64,000 nucleotides of DNA from Basidiobolus meristosporus CBS 931.73 (taxonomy: Eukaryota > Fungi > Basidiobolomycota): positions 62,001 to 126,000 of the forward strand of contig MCFE01000134.1 in the NCBI GenBank assembly GCA_002104905.1. Reading direction: 5' to 3'. Under the pieces are notes generated by a model that worked only from the letters and a program-made list of their open reading frames with translations, made no database searches and had not been told where the DNA came from. The translations under genes were made by a program, and so were the position numbers. Of the stretch, positions 39,377 through 52,916 are shown one piece after another. Numbering within the stretch: the first letter of the stretch is position 1; the number at the start of each line of letters is the position of its first letter.

Positions 39377-41229
39377 GCAGCATGATGGTTGTCCACTTGT
39401 ACCATGTACATGGTAAGTTGCATCCTGGTATGATTTTGGCAAGAGGTAGTAGTGAATCCTCAAAGCCCCCATTACCAATATTAGTAGAAATGTGCCACTT
39501 TTCTAGCCACAACATTACATCATTCACCAGTTGATGGATTACTGGGCTCATTTGGCTCCATAAAGTATCCTTGGTATTTGTTTCAACAGGTGTTGTCTCA
39601 TTGCATACAGGGATTTGACTGGGCTCATACATGGTACTGTTGTTAGGAGAGATAGGCTCAAAATTTATCAGTGAACCTTCTTTGTCAGAGCTATCACTCT
39701 GTGTGCCATATTCAGAAGGCTGAGGTGAGCCTAAAGGCATCACAAACTCACCTGACTCAGTTTGGGCAAGGTGACAAAGACAGCCAGGTGCCAATATAGA
39801 AGTATCAACTGGCCAGCAAGATAATGTTGGTACAGTAGTGACCAATGTATGGTTAAATATGACTTGGGTGGCAAAACACTAGCCATGATCCTTGTAATAC
39901 TTCCTATGCTGTCTGCATGCTTCATGACTGAGAGGCTTGCCACAATAGCCACATAGTCTTTTTTCTCTTCTCTTACAGTGTTAAGTCAAAGTAGTCTTGT
40001 CCATGGGGCAAAGAGCTTGACCTTCCACAATGTAACACTGTTATATCACTTTTTGGTCAATGCTCATGTGAACGTAAGACAGCCTTGTATTTGAGACATT
40101 GCACCTACATGAATGTAAGATTCAATGATGACCAACCATAGTAAGCATTATAAATAAAGTTGCGGCACTACATACACATGTATATGTAACACTACTTCCC
40201 CTTTGGTTTGACTCACTTCCATATATATGCCACAAAAAAACAAAGCAAAGTTGTCTGGTTCTCAACCAAACCCCCTGCTGATGGCAACAGAAGAATGGTT
40301 TGACAACAGCTTGCTTTGACATTCAGTGCAACAAGCAGGGCTACATCCAAAAAAGGCCCTGTGGACAGTGTGCCCATTGAAGGTAATAATGCAGACTCCT
40401 GAGGCTCTCAGTCAAGTAGGTGATTGAGAACCACTGCAGAGCCACAAGCTGACTGTTATACCCAGGCAGATGAGAATGCAGCAAACACAGTACCCTCAGT
40501 TGAAGATCAGCAAGTGGCCATGATAACATCACCACCACCCATATTATCAAGTATGTTGTCAGCTCATACCAGAGCACTAATGAAGCAATTAGGTGCAGTG
40601 GCTGATAGCATAGATGCAATGGCCCAGAGAAATCAGGATGTAGTCCAGAAGCAGGATGAGCAGATAATATGTGTAGAGCAATCAATATCCCAGGTAGAGA
40701 AAGCAGTACCTTTGCTGTAAAGAAGGAGCTCAAGAAGCTTAATGTTGCAGCCAAGAATTGAGCCATTTCCCGATGTAATAGCAGAGGAACACCGTACAGT
40801 TTTTGAAGCACAACATCAATGCCCAAAGATAAAGCCCACAGAAAAACCTATCATTGTGTGGGAGGGAGACAATGTGGTGTTTATACCAAAGCCTAAAAAT
40901 CAAAAGACATTGAATATCCATGAATCTGTTGAGTGCTATAATGAAGAGTGGGCCAATATACAAGGGGCCATCAGAAGTCTAGCACGCCATCACCTTAAGG
41001 CTGGCATACCATAAGATCATCAGGAACTCAAGGCCAAGCAGAATGTACTTGACTTGTTCCATGAGCATTATCCTGGATTCAAATGGGCAAACAGACTTGA
41101 GGCCAGTATTGCTATGCTAAGAAAGTATCTTACAAATAGCAGAAACTATCAAGGGCAGAAGAACAAGAGTGCCATGGCTAAAAACCAGCAGCTTCCTCAA
41201 GAGCCTGTTACAAGCAGGGCCAGAAGCTC

Positions 41230-42325
41230 TGTTGTGTTGTATTATGATTAGATTGGGGCTTGTTCTACAATGTAGAGGCTAATCAACAATATACAACAAC
41301 TTCCAGTATGCTAATACTGAAATAGTCTATTGGGAGTTTGATATACCAATAGAAGATATAACTTTCACTAATTTCCTCAATCTTAGGCTCAAAATATACT
41401 CTAGACAGTGTTTATCACTTCTACAGCAGTGTTCTGACCTTCTGTCAACTAATGGGCTTATTTAATATTATAATAACTTTTCCTTATTTGAAAGTCACTT
41501 TCCTTTTTGAGAAAATATTTTGTAATATTGAAATTCAGAACTCCCCTTTAACCTAAAGGGGGGTGTTGTAGAAGTCTCTAAAGGGGGCTTTAGACCTAAA
41601 GGGGTGTCTAAAGGGGTGTCTTTAGAGTAAAGGGGTTTCTTAGAGGGGACTTTTCCAACAGAAAAGTGGTAGCTTCTTGTAGAACTTAGATTGGATTCTT
41701 GTGAGCTTTGCAGTCTCTTTACTGATGTAGTACCAAACAAAGTCAGAATACTCAACAGTGCAAGTGATGCAAGGGAGGTCTTATAATCTTTAAGCTTGTA
41801 ATTGTAGTGTGGAGATTCTGGAAAGAGAGGCTCTCCCTTTATTTTTCAGCTGGGGAAGTCATATATAAGAAAATTTTGAAGGATAAAGGTTTTTGGGCTA
41901 TTGCCCAAGCAATACATGCAACACAATGCTAAAATCTTGCAGTGGCGCAGATCAAACATAGGAACAGCACCTGTGAAGATTTCACGTGATTTGATTGGCT
42001 AGTTCCAAAGTTACACACAATCAAAGTTACCATAGTAATCCTAGCAATAAGGCATAGTATATATAATAATTGGACTCTTTTGGTCATAACTCCTTAAGTA
42101 CTGCTTCAATTGAGCTGTAATTTAAAACATGTGTTGGCTACTACGTGTTCTGTATGACATAATATTCTTGGGTGGATTGCTTGTCAGGGTCAGGAGCATT
42201 TGTTCTTCAAAGTTGGAAATTCTTGATCTTTCACTTGGGTGTTACAACAGCAAAAGCAAAATAAAGAAATGAGTGCAATATTGGTTTAGAGATATTGTTG
42301 TAATGGAATACTTTCCATTACTACA
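41230..42325 (+). repeat. Solo ~1.1-kb LTR-like element (copy B, 1096 bp)
   Basis: TGTTG...CTACA, TSD GCTC; contains a TAAAGGGG motif cluster at 41543-41648. Confidence 0.85.
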
Positions 42326-43949
42326 GCTCCAGACCAGTGTCAAAAAGATGTCAGGCAGCTGGATGAGTGCAAATTAGGGACAAGCAGGCAGACATGGATG
42401 CACCAGCACAACATTTATCAAAGAAAAAGCGTAGTACCACTCAAGAAGCACCCAGTCAAAGTAGCAGTGAAGGAGCTGGCAGTGATAAAAACCAGCCAGT
42501 TTTGCAGGAGCCTGTCACAACTATGGTTCAGAGCTCAAAACAAGCTGAAAAAAAACGTCAGGTTTCCAGAAGTGTGCCAGCAAGGGACAAGCTGGCCAGA
42601 ACAGATGCGTCTGAGCAGAATTTATCCAGGAGAAAATGTAGTGCTGTACAAGAAGCACTCAGAAAAAGTAGCAATGAAAGAACTGGAAGTAATAAAGGAA
42701 AAGGTTAAGGGAAAAATGTCTACCCAAGCCTGAGACAGGCAGGCATGCAAAAAAAACTGAAGTTCTTGCCAAATAACGCTGCAAGCCCAGAACAGACTGA
42801 ATCTCATCATAGCCAAGAAGAATTACCAACAAGAAAACAGCTTTTTTCACAAGAGTTGGAAGTGCAGCCAGTTGAGCTACAATCCAGCAAGGTAGATGAG
42901 TTTGCTGAAAAAGGCAACTTGTCTACCACAGCATCCATAGCCTCCATTGTTGACAGGGTGGAGATCCCACTGATAGACAAGGCTACAATGTCAAGAGCTC
43001 AAAAGACTATCACAATGCCTTCAGTGGAGTTTTGGAACATTAATAAGCACACAAAGAGGTTGCAGCACTTCTTCAAGAGCAGTGCTCAAGAAAACGCACT
43101 GGAATATTGCAAGGATTTATTGCAAAGACTGGCAGATGAGGAGCAAGACCTTGCAGTGCTGGTTGAAGACCAGGACATGTGGGAACCAGTGAATGAACAG
43201 TGGCATAAAGCTGTTGGGTTCCCACTAAAGTTGTGGAACCAGAGCATTACAGCAGAGATACTTATTGGGTGGTGGCTTTCAATGGAGTCACTCATTGAGT
43301 GTGAGGTTGGGCTTAATGTTGGTGTAGGGTATAGAGATTGTATAGGTCAATACAATTGGCAATTGAGGTACAATTGAAGTTTCAATGGAAATAAATAAAT
43401 TTGTATGCATGGAAAGTAAGAGAAACGGTTTAGTCAAGAAGTAAGGAGTGTGAAAAAGAGGCAATGGCCAATCAATTCACACAAACATAGGAGGCAATAG
43501 AGTGTCTGGGATCAGAAAGTGAGCTAATTGGCTGTGAACCAATCAAAAGCCACTTATACATTGTTGTGATGAAAAATTTTGTCAAAGTTTTTTGTGAAAT
43601 CTGGGGTGCAATTATTTTTCAACAATCTCTGGACAGTGTCCTGACAAGATCAGTACCTCTTAGTCATGGGACATTAACTTTGTGATGGCCTTTTGACAGG
43701 ATCATCTCAATATTTCTTCATAGGGATTGATCCCAAAAAGAAGGTCAAAAAATGGATTTTCTCCAGTACAATGGGTGAAACACAGGGGCTACTTTGACTC
43801 TGGATGTGGAGTTGTTTTTCACATTGTGTGGCAGAGTATAGGTCTACTATGCCTCTCTGGCACTTTAGGGCTAAATTTAGCACTCACAGCTCAACATGGC
43901 ACTATCTAATGGAATTAGTCTTATATGCAGAGTGGGAACTATGTTTTCC

Positions 43950-46900
43950 TCCTATGGTGGAGCATTACTAACAAGTTGAACACCTTGCAGTGGTAGAATT
44001 CTCTGACATGAATGCTATGTAGCTTTTAACACATGGTGGTATCAGGATGGTCTCTGGATTATATGTTGCCAGCTGTATTAAGGTTGTCCATTTGTACTAT
44101 GTGCATGATAAGTTACATCCAGCAACAATTTTGGAAAGAAGTATTAGTATACCCTCAAAGCCCCCATTACTGAAATTTGTGGAAACAGGCCACTTCTCTA
44201 GCCCCAACAAAACATCATTCACCAGTATATGGATTACTGGGCATATAAGGTTCCAAAAAGTATCCATGACATTTTTTATAGGTGTTGTCTTATAGCAGAT
44301 TAGCATTTTGGTGGACTCATACAGGGTATTGTTGTTAGTGGAGATAGGCTCTCAATCCATCAGTTAGCCTTTGACTTTAGAGCAATCACTCTGCATGCCA
44401 TATTCAGAAGGCTGAGGTGAGCCTATAGGTATCACAAACTCACCTGACTTAGTTTTCACAAGGTCACAAGTACGGCTAGGTGCTGTGATAGAAGTATTAA
44501 GTTACCAGAAAGATATTGTTGAAAAAATAGTGACTGATTAATGGTAGAATATGAATTGTGTGGCAAAACACTTTCTGTGATTCTTGCAATACTTTCTATG
44601 CAGTCTGTGTGCATTACAACTGAGAGACTTGTTACAATAGCCACAAGGTCTTTTTCCACTTCTCTTATTGCTTTGAATCAATGTAGCCTTCTCCATGCAA
44701 CAAACAGCTTGACACTCAACAATATAATGCTACTATTTCACTTTTTGTTAATACTTGTGTTTAACTTAAAACAGTCTTGTATTCATGACATTGCACCGGC
44801 ATGAATGTAAGATTCAATAGTAACCCACCATAGTAAGTATTATAAATAGTGTTGTGGCACCACATACACACATATAAGTAGCACTATTTCCCCTTTAGTT
44901 TGACTCACTTCCATATATATGCCACCAAAAAATACAGCAAAGCCATCTGGTTCCCACCCAAGCCCCACTGTTGACAGCAACAGATGAACAGTTGGACAGC
45001 AGCTTGCTTTGACATTCAGTGCAACACACAGGGATACTTCAAAAAAAGGCCATGTTGCAAGTGTTTGCACTGAAGGTAATAGTGCAGACTCTCCAGGCTC
45101 TCAGTCAAGTAGGCAAATGAGCATCTCTGTGGAGATGCAAGCTGGCAGTAATGCTCAGACAGATGAGAATGCAGCAAACTTGGTGCCTTTGGCTGCAGAC
45201 CAGCAAGTGACCATCAATAAATTGTCACTGCCCATACTATCACTTATGTTGTTTACTCATACTGAATCACCAATGGCCAATAGGTTAGATGTAATTACCC
45301 AGAGAAATCAGGAAATAGTCCAGAAACAGGATGAGCAGTTAATACAAGTAGAGCAATCAATATCCCAGGTGAGAATGCAGTACCATTGCTGGAGGAAGGA
45401 ACTCAAGTAGCTCAATATCACAGTTGAGAATTGGGACATCTCCCAATGTTACAGCAGAGGAACACCATATAGTTGTTGAAGCATAACAATAGTGCCCAAA
45501 GATAAAGCCCATAGAAAAACCTATGACAGCATGGGAGTGAGAGACTGTTAAGTTTACGCATATGACTCAAAATCAAAAGACATTAAAGATATGTGACACC
45601 ATTGAGTGCAATGATAACAGAAGGGCTGATATTCAAGAGGCTGTTTGAAGTCTAGCACAGCATCATCTTAAGGCTGGCATACCATTGGACCATAAGGGAC
45701 TCAAGGCCAAGCAGAATGTGCTTGACCTGTTCCATCAGCATTATCCTGGATTCAAGCAAGCAAACAGATTTTGGTTCAGCATTGGAATGTCAAGAAAGTA
45801 TTTCAAGAATAGCAGAAATTATCAATGGCAGAAGAACAAGGGTGCCATGGCTAAATACTAGCATCCTCCTCAAGTGCTTGTCAGAAACAGGGTTGATAGC
45901 TCCAAACAAGTGGCAAAAAAAGCTTAGGTAGTCAGAAGAGTGCTAGTCAGGGACAGGCAGGAAGAAACTAGTGCATTAGCGCAGCATTCATCAAGGAGAA
46001 AACATGGTTCAAAATAAGAAGTACTCGGTCACAGTAGCAGTGAAGGACTTGAAAGTTATAAATACCCATGGCTTTCACAGGATCCTGCCACAAGCAGGGC
46101 TGGAAGTTCCAAACAAGCAGCAAAGATGCATTAGGTTGCCAGTAGAGAGCTGGCAAGGGACAGGCAGGCAAGAATCAATGCACCTGTGCAGCACTCATCA
46201 AGGAGAAAACAGAGTACTATACAAGAAGTACTCAGTCAAAGTAGCAGTGAAAGACTTGGCTGTGATAAAGTTCAAGATAGAGCAAAAAAGGTCTGCTCAA
46301 GCCAGATACAGGGAAGCATCTGAAAAAAGCTGCAGTTCTTATCAACTTATACCATTGGCCCAGATCAGGCTGAATCCCATCATAGCAAAGAAGAATTACC
46401 AACTAGAAAGCAACCACTTTCTTAAGAGGTGGACATGCAGCCAGTTGAGCTATACTCTTGTGAGGTAGATGAGTTTGTAGAGAAAAGCAACTTGTCTGCC
46501 ACTGCCCCCATGTTTACATTGTAGACAGAGTGGAGATCCCACTGACAGACAAATCAACAATGCCAAGAACTAAGACAACTGCAATGTGTACACTGGCATT
46601 TTGAAATATAAATAGGCACACCAAGAGGTTGCAGCACTTCTACAAGAGCAGTGCTCAGCAAAATGCACTTACATATTGCAAGGATTTATTGCAAAGACTG
46701 GCAGATAAGGTTCTAGACCTTGCAGGGCTGGCTGAAGACCAGGACTAATGGGAGCCAGTGAATGAACAGCGGCATAAAGCTGCAGGGTTCCTGCAGAAGT
46801 CATGGACAAAGGGTGTTACAGCAGAAGTACATATTGTACGGTGGATTTTAATGAAGTAGCATCTTGAGTGTTGGGTTGGGTTTAATGTAAGTGTTGGATA

Positions 46901-47295
46901 TAGGGACTTGTATAGGTCAATGCAATTGGCAATTGAGCTGCAACTGAAGCTTCAATGGAAATAAATCAATTTGTTTGCATGAAAAGTACAAGAATTGGTA
47001 GAGTCAGGAAGTAAGGAATGTGAAAAAGAGGCAATAGCTAATCAGTGTATACAAATGTAGGAAGTGATTGATTGTCTGGGATCAGAAAGTGAGAGAATTG
47101 GCAGAGGACCAATCACAAGTCACATATGTATTGCTGTGGTGACAAATTTTGTCCAAGTTTTTTATGAAATCTATGGTGCAATTATTTCTCAATGGACTTT
47201 GCACAGTATCCTGAGAGGATTGATACCTCTTGGTCATGAGAATTTAGTTTTGTGACAGCCTTTTAATGGGATCATCCCAATTATATCTCACAGGG
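43950..47295 (-). mobile_element. Third CMC-like copy (transposase N-terminal remnant ~43960-44400 on -, second gene ~45009-46900 on +, subterminal region)
   Basis: Collinear with 39380-43725 minus the LTR insertions; boundaries approximate. Confidence 0.75.
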
Positions 47296-47646
47296 AGTGT
47301 GATTTGCATTTATTTCCATTCACACTCAAGAAACATATTCTAATACTTTATTTACCAACCATAATAGTGGTATCCAATTGTACACATGTTGCAAACATTG
47401 TAACTTGGCACAATCATCCATGCTAACCTCATTGTGTCAGTTTGTGCAGTAGTGTGCAAGATTGTCTCACATAATGCAAAATCTGACTACATTGATTCTA
47501 TCCACTGGTGGCTACAACATTATGCCCAATTGTTCTAAGCAACTGCAGATTGTGCCACATACACTGGAATGGTACAATGGAGCAAGTCTTTTGAGTACTA
47601 AATGCATGTCTTCTGTCTTTCTGTGCTTTCATTCAGCATATGCAAC

Positions 47647-47844
47647 ATTGATCCCAAAGAAATGGTTAAAAAAAATGTGTTTTCTCCTGCATAATAGGTG
47701 AAATATAGAGGCTGCTTTGCATGAAGATGTAGAATATGATTTTGCATTGTGTAGCCAAATATAGGTCTGCTATGCCTCTTTGATACACTATAGTGCTATT
47801 TGGTACTTATAGCTTAATGTGTCACTTTACATTGGAACAGGTCT
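47647..47844. repeat. Orphan TIR of the CMC-like family
   Basis: Matches 29170-29362 and 43726-43921; ends GGAACAGGTCT. Confidence 0.8.
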
Positions 47845-47849
47845 AATTT

Positions 47850-49400
47850 CAAACTTGGTAGAATTGCCCAAGTTTTAAATTAAAGGATCTTGCATGTCTT
47901 TGGATATTTGGGCTTTGGCATTTATTATGGAGTGTCTCCCTCCCATGCTTTGATAAATCTTTTAGTGGGCTTTATCTCTGGGCACTGTTGTTGTGGTTCA
48001 ATGGTAATTTGGTGTGCCTATGCTGCTAAATTGGGAGATGGCTCATTTCTGGTCTGTGCATTGCAATGCTTGAGCTCCTCCTATGCAGGAAAGATACTGC
48101 ATTCTCTACCTGGGATATTGATTGCACTACCTGCCTGATCCATGCATCCTGACTCCGGAATAATTCCTGGTTTCTGTGGGCTATTACTTCTGTGCATTTA
48201 GCCAACACACCTAATTGCCTCATCAATGCACTTATATCAGCTGAGCATAGACTTGACCACAGTGTAATGTTATTATGGTGGTCATGTGCTGTTCTTCCAC
48301 AAGAGATACTGTGCTTGCCACATTCTCATCTACCTGTGCATTGTGGGCAGTTTGCAATTCCAGCAAGGTTCTCAATTGCCTTCTTTTCTAAGAGCCTGAG
48401 GAGTTTATATTACTACCTTCAGTAGGCACATTGTCCAACATGATCTTTTTGGGATTTAACCCCACTTGTTGCACTCATTATTAAAGCAAGCTGTTTTCCT
48501 ACTGTTCTTCTGTAGCTGTCTGTAGCTAGACTTAGCTGGGTTACAGACATCTTTGATTTACCTATTGATGGTAGTTATGTGGAAGTGAATCAACTCAAGG
48601 GATATAATGTTAAATGTAAATGTATGTGATGCCACATCTTTATCTATATTGCTTAATGTAGTGGATAGCACTTAATCTTTCATTTGTGCAGGTGTAATGT
48701 CTCAAATATAACACTTTCCTAGACTCAGATGAATATTGACAAAAAGTGATACAATAGCATATGATGTACAATATCAAGCTGTTTGTCTTGTGGACAAGAG
48801 TGAATTGATTCTACACTGTAAGTGAAGAGAAAAAGACCATGTAGATATTGTAGCAAGCTTCTGAGCCATGGGGAACCCTGACAGCATAGGAGGTATTACA
48901 ACAATCATGGCCAGTGTTTTGCCACACAGATCATATTTGAGCATTGAACATTCACATCTGTACCTGCAATGTCTTACTGGCAACTTTATACTTCTGTAAC
49001 AGCACCTAGCCTCACTTGCCACCTTACTCTAACTGAGTCATGTGGGCTAGAGATGACTTTTTGCTTATCTCAGTCTTTGAAATTTAGCCTGTGTAGTGAT
49101 ATCTCTGACAATCAAGGCTCAATGATCAAATCAACCTTACCCTGTACATGATGCAAATGAGCAACTGTTATACAGCTAGCAACATATGACCCAGAGATTA
49201 CCCTGGTACCAGCATATGTTAATAGTTGCATGGCATTCATGTCAAAAACTGGCACCATTGCAAGGTGTCCAACTTGTCAGGAATCCTTTACCACAGGAGG
49301 AAACCATTGCTCACATTCTAGATAGACTCCAGTAATATTCCATCTAAGGAAGCTTGTTCAGTCTTGCCTTGGATCCTGCCTTTCCTTCACAGTTTAGATC
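47850..49400. pseudogene. Further CMC-like fragments (second gene ~47850-48480 on -, transposase N-terminal piece ~49150-49350 on +)
   Basis: ORF 48026-48226 matches 40424-40720; QLATYDPEITLVPAYVNSCMAF...CPTC at ~49170-49280. Confidence 0.65.
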
Positions 49401-52400
49401 CAACCTCTGTCCTGCCATGCCTTTACTTGTATCCTGTATTGTATTTTAGTGGTACAAGCATTTTGTAAGCTTATTTTAGGTTGCCATAGCCCTCAATATT
49501 AGCACCTCTGAAGTATTAGCAAAATACCTCACTTTGCTCAGTAGGTATACTTCATCTATTGACCTGAGCTTTGGTGCCTCTTGTAGGTATACTTCCTTCT
49601 ATTATCCTAGTAACTTGGAAATGAAGGTTTAGAAATCTGTTTAAACTCACTGATCCCTGGTATATATTATTACTGTTATTATCCAGCTCTGCCTTTCCTT
49701 GCCCAGCTTGTTACCCATACATCATGGCTATTTAACTTCACAATAGCATAGGCATATCAAAGTTTTTATAAATCAGCACATGAGATTACAGGCTTTGTGC
49801 AGTCGCATTGGTTTTACTGGGATTGTGGATGACTGCCAATGCACAAGTCGATAGCAAAAATTAGATTGGTGGTGTGATTGCTTGTCTCATTCTCTATGGT
49901 TGCTATGTTGGATGAATACCACAGTCAGCAGCCCCTGCACACTAGACAAAATACATCTTGGTATATACGAAAAAAAGGAGGTGTACCTTGAACGAAGTGA
50001 TCGATAATACGTTATGATTTCTGTCGTCGCCCTGACGAGTGACTGTTGCTATAATCCGTTGAGAGGTGACGATTTGGAATGCTTTGGACAGGAAACGATT
50101 GTGACTTGGTACCTCGCTATGCGACATGTCGCTTTTATACTAAATACACAATGGGCAAGCATGAAAAAAGAGCAAGGGCTAAAGGCATGCTTGAAGAACT
50201 GGGGCATAGTGGAAGGAGCATGCAGGAGTTTTCGACAGGCCGGGAAGATTTCAAGAAGAAGGGGAAGTTCAGAGTCCTTTCCACCTTACTCAGCCCAAGT
50301 AGATCCTGAATGACCTCTTAGGCCAATAGAAGGCTATCCCTGATCACTGCTTCTTTACTGCAATCTCCTTCGGTGGCAAGCAAGGAGACTACGACTGTTC
50401 CTCAGGGCTAGTCTCTCGATCTCTACTTTTTGTGGTTTAATCAACAATTATTGCACTGAGTTGCTGCAGACTGACTCTGGTACAACAACCGATTCTCCAC
50501 ACACAATGCAGAAGTAGCAGGAGAAGCGTGTTTCCGTTAAGATCAGCTTTCCATTGCCTTTGAAAGAGGTGAGGTCATTAGCCGGAGTATCTTATCGTAC
50601 GCCAGAGTAGCAGACCCAAAATGGGCCATGTTACTGAAAAGCTGTACAACAACCAGAATGCGCTAGGTGCCAAGTTTGTTGAGTTCGAAACCGACTGAGC
50701 TGCCTAGATGCCAGGCTTCGGTCCGGGAAAATCTTGTCACACACTCAGTCAACAAGATGTTGTCTTCAACCTCCTACCCCTTTGTACTCTTATGTCTCAT
50801 AACTCTCCACTCAGTATCTTCTGAGGAAAAATAATAAAACGCAATGGTATATTCTGTCCAACATTAGTACGGCAGCTCTAAGGCGTGCTTATATACCGCA
50901 CTACTACATGCTTTAAAGCCTATCGGTGTATGCAGTGGTTTGGAAAGGTGTAGTTAGCACATCACAACCATTTTGGCTTGTTCTCGGACAATGGCACATG
51001 CGCTTTCGGATCAAATGCACGATAATGAACAATCATAACTTTGAGACAAAAGCCCGCTCGTTCCTATCATATATCCTCGAGGGTTAGTCAAAGCTGGAGG
51101 CCTTCCAAAGCAGTTCAGCTGGTTACTTCGGAAGTATCTTTGCTCTTCCCGACACCATGATTCCTATCTTTTGTGCAGTGCATTGGTGTTTTTGTGAATC
51201 TTCCCGCTGAATCTTTCTTCGATATATCCCTGAACAGTGTAGCATTGTTTCACAAAGCTTAATGCATGTTTTTCATTTCACATGCAAGATAAAATCCCAA
51301 TAATGTTTTAGGTTCGTGTCGCCCTTCTCAACGTCATGAAGCTCTGTCGATGGCAACCACACATCAGCAACACTGGATAAATTCCTGGTGACGCTAAGCC
51401 TTACTTTTACCAACAGCCAGATAGAGGCTTGAACGCACAATTATCCGTGATGCTTCAGTAACTTGTTGCAGGTACATTTCGGGGGGGGAATACTGGAGTA
51501 GATCTTCGCAAGGATATAGCAGATTTTCACAAGTCGATTAGCTAAATCAAGGACAAATATTCCTGCAACACTTCTGGAATTCAAACCATTTTTACCAACC
51601 AATGCTGGACCCAAATTCGATCATGGGGACTTCAAGGATCGGAGAAATTTTATTCCACAAACATCGAAAGACTAGCCCATATCCTGAGGTGGTCCAACCA
51701 TGATGAAAAGCTGGCTATTGCACCCATAGACACGCAATTTATTTGCACCAGCGACTCTTGAAACAGGACAACTTTCAATGTGTTGCCAACGTTCCCTGGA
51801 GGAACACACCATTGTTTAAAAACAAAGGTGTACGTGGGATCTGCATGGTTGTATCTCTTCGATGTCACATGGATTTCTAACCTAGGGAGTCGGGAATTTT
51901 AGTGTGGTGATGAAAAATAAGCTACCAAGAATGTGCCAGCTTGCATATCTATGGAGCCACAACTTTACGCTTCCATAGTGATCATAATCTCGGACTCCTG
52001 CATGCTTTACCAACCGGTTTGCACGTTCGCAACCATACCTTACTCTTGTCCATTTTTGTGGAGATAGAGAGAGATGGACACGATGTTCAACGCACCAGTA
52101 CTCTTCTATCTCGGTTTCCCTCGAGCGCGACAGAGAGCGGTAGCATCCAGATGTCAGCGATGAGTTGCCTGCGAAACCAACATAGAAGATTCATTGCACT
52201 TACTTTCCTGACCTACCTGCTTGTAAGCCAACCCCAGATACGCATTGATGGTAGCATGCGTTTCTCAATGGAGGAATTTGTAGCAGTAGGAATGAGCAGC
52301 AGTGCAGATATTGTTACGACACTGGATATGCACCCAGCGCATCCACGAAAATTAGTTAGCCTATGAACACTAAGCTCCTTCATGCGCCAATTATCACACG

Positions 52401-52916
52401 CTTGATCTTTTACGCAAACAGTTTCATAACACAATGAACGCAGGTGTCATGACATATCACATCGCCTACATTCCGATTTACTGCTAGATAACAATGGCTA
52501 ATACCCCGAGGGACCACCTCGCTGTATTCCAAACCGAACCGAAAAATCGGGTATTTTAGTGGGCACATATAAAGCGAAGGGCTCAGGAGAAAGTATCGCT
52601 CGTCTTGCTTCGAATATCTCCTTTCTATTCGAGAAGATAATTGCACGGTGTTGCTACGGCTAGTTCTACGAGACAGATTCACTTCGCAAGAAAGATCGAC
52701 CAGCAGTTACCTCATTCGCCAGTACAGTTTAATGCTGTACCTGAAGAGATCACTATTGAATCACTCCTTCCTGTATAACGGTTTAAATCCCCTTCTCTCC
52801 TCGGAAGCCATTGTAGATTAAGTATCATATAAAGACTCTCCTTCGGTGCTCTAACCCTTCTTCGCGCCGCTCTCTGAAGCTCCACTCTGGTTGTTTGGGA
52901 CCCTTCGTCATATCCG

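Larger units (their letters stand above)
36600..43921 (-). mobile_element. Second large CMC-like copy in opposite orientation (transposase remnant ~37900-39845 on -, second gene ~40330-43377 on +, TIR 43726-43921)
   Basis: LATYDPETVLIPACVSSCMAF...CPNCR (38136-38390) and WLEKWHIST...GCNLPCTWYKW (39372-39845); TIR homologous to 22588-22783; left end not resolved. Confidence 0.8.

Noticed and set aside
30863-41945. CACTGCAA at ~30863 and its reverse complement at ~41945 as CACTG transposon termini
   Set aside because: Both lie inside the two inverted copies of the 1.1-kb LTR-like element, whose homology continues past them to TG...CA ends with TSDs.
50014-52900. Short ORFs between the transposon block and the GPCR (50014-50313, 50079-50309, 51650-51868, 51941-52366)
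   Set aside because: No recognisable motif, no convincing splice model, and competing frames; cannot be supported as genes or a transposase.
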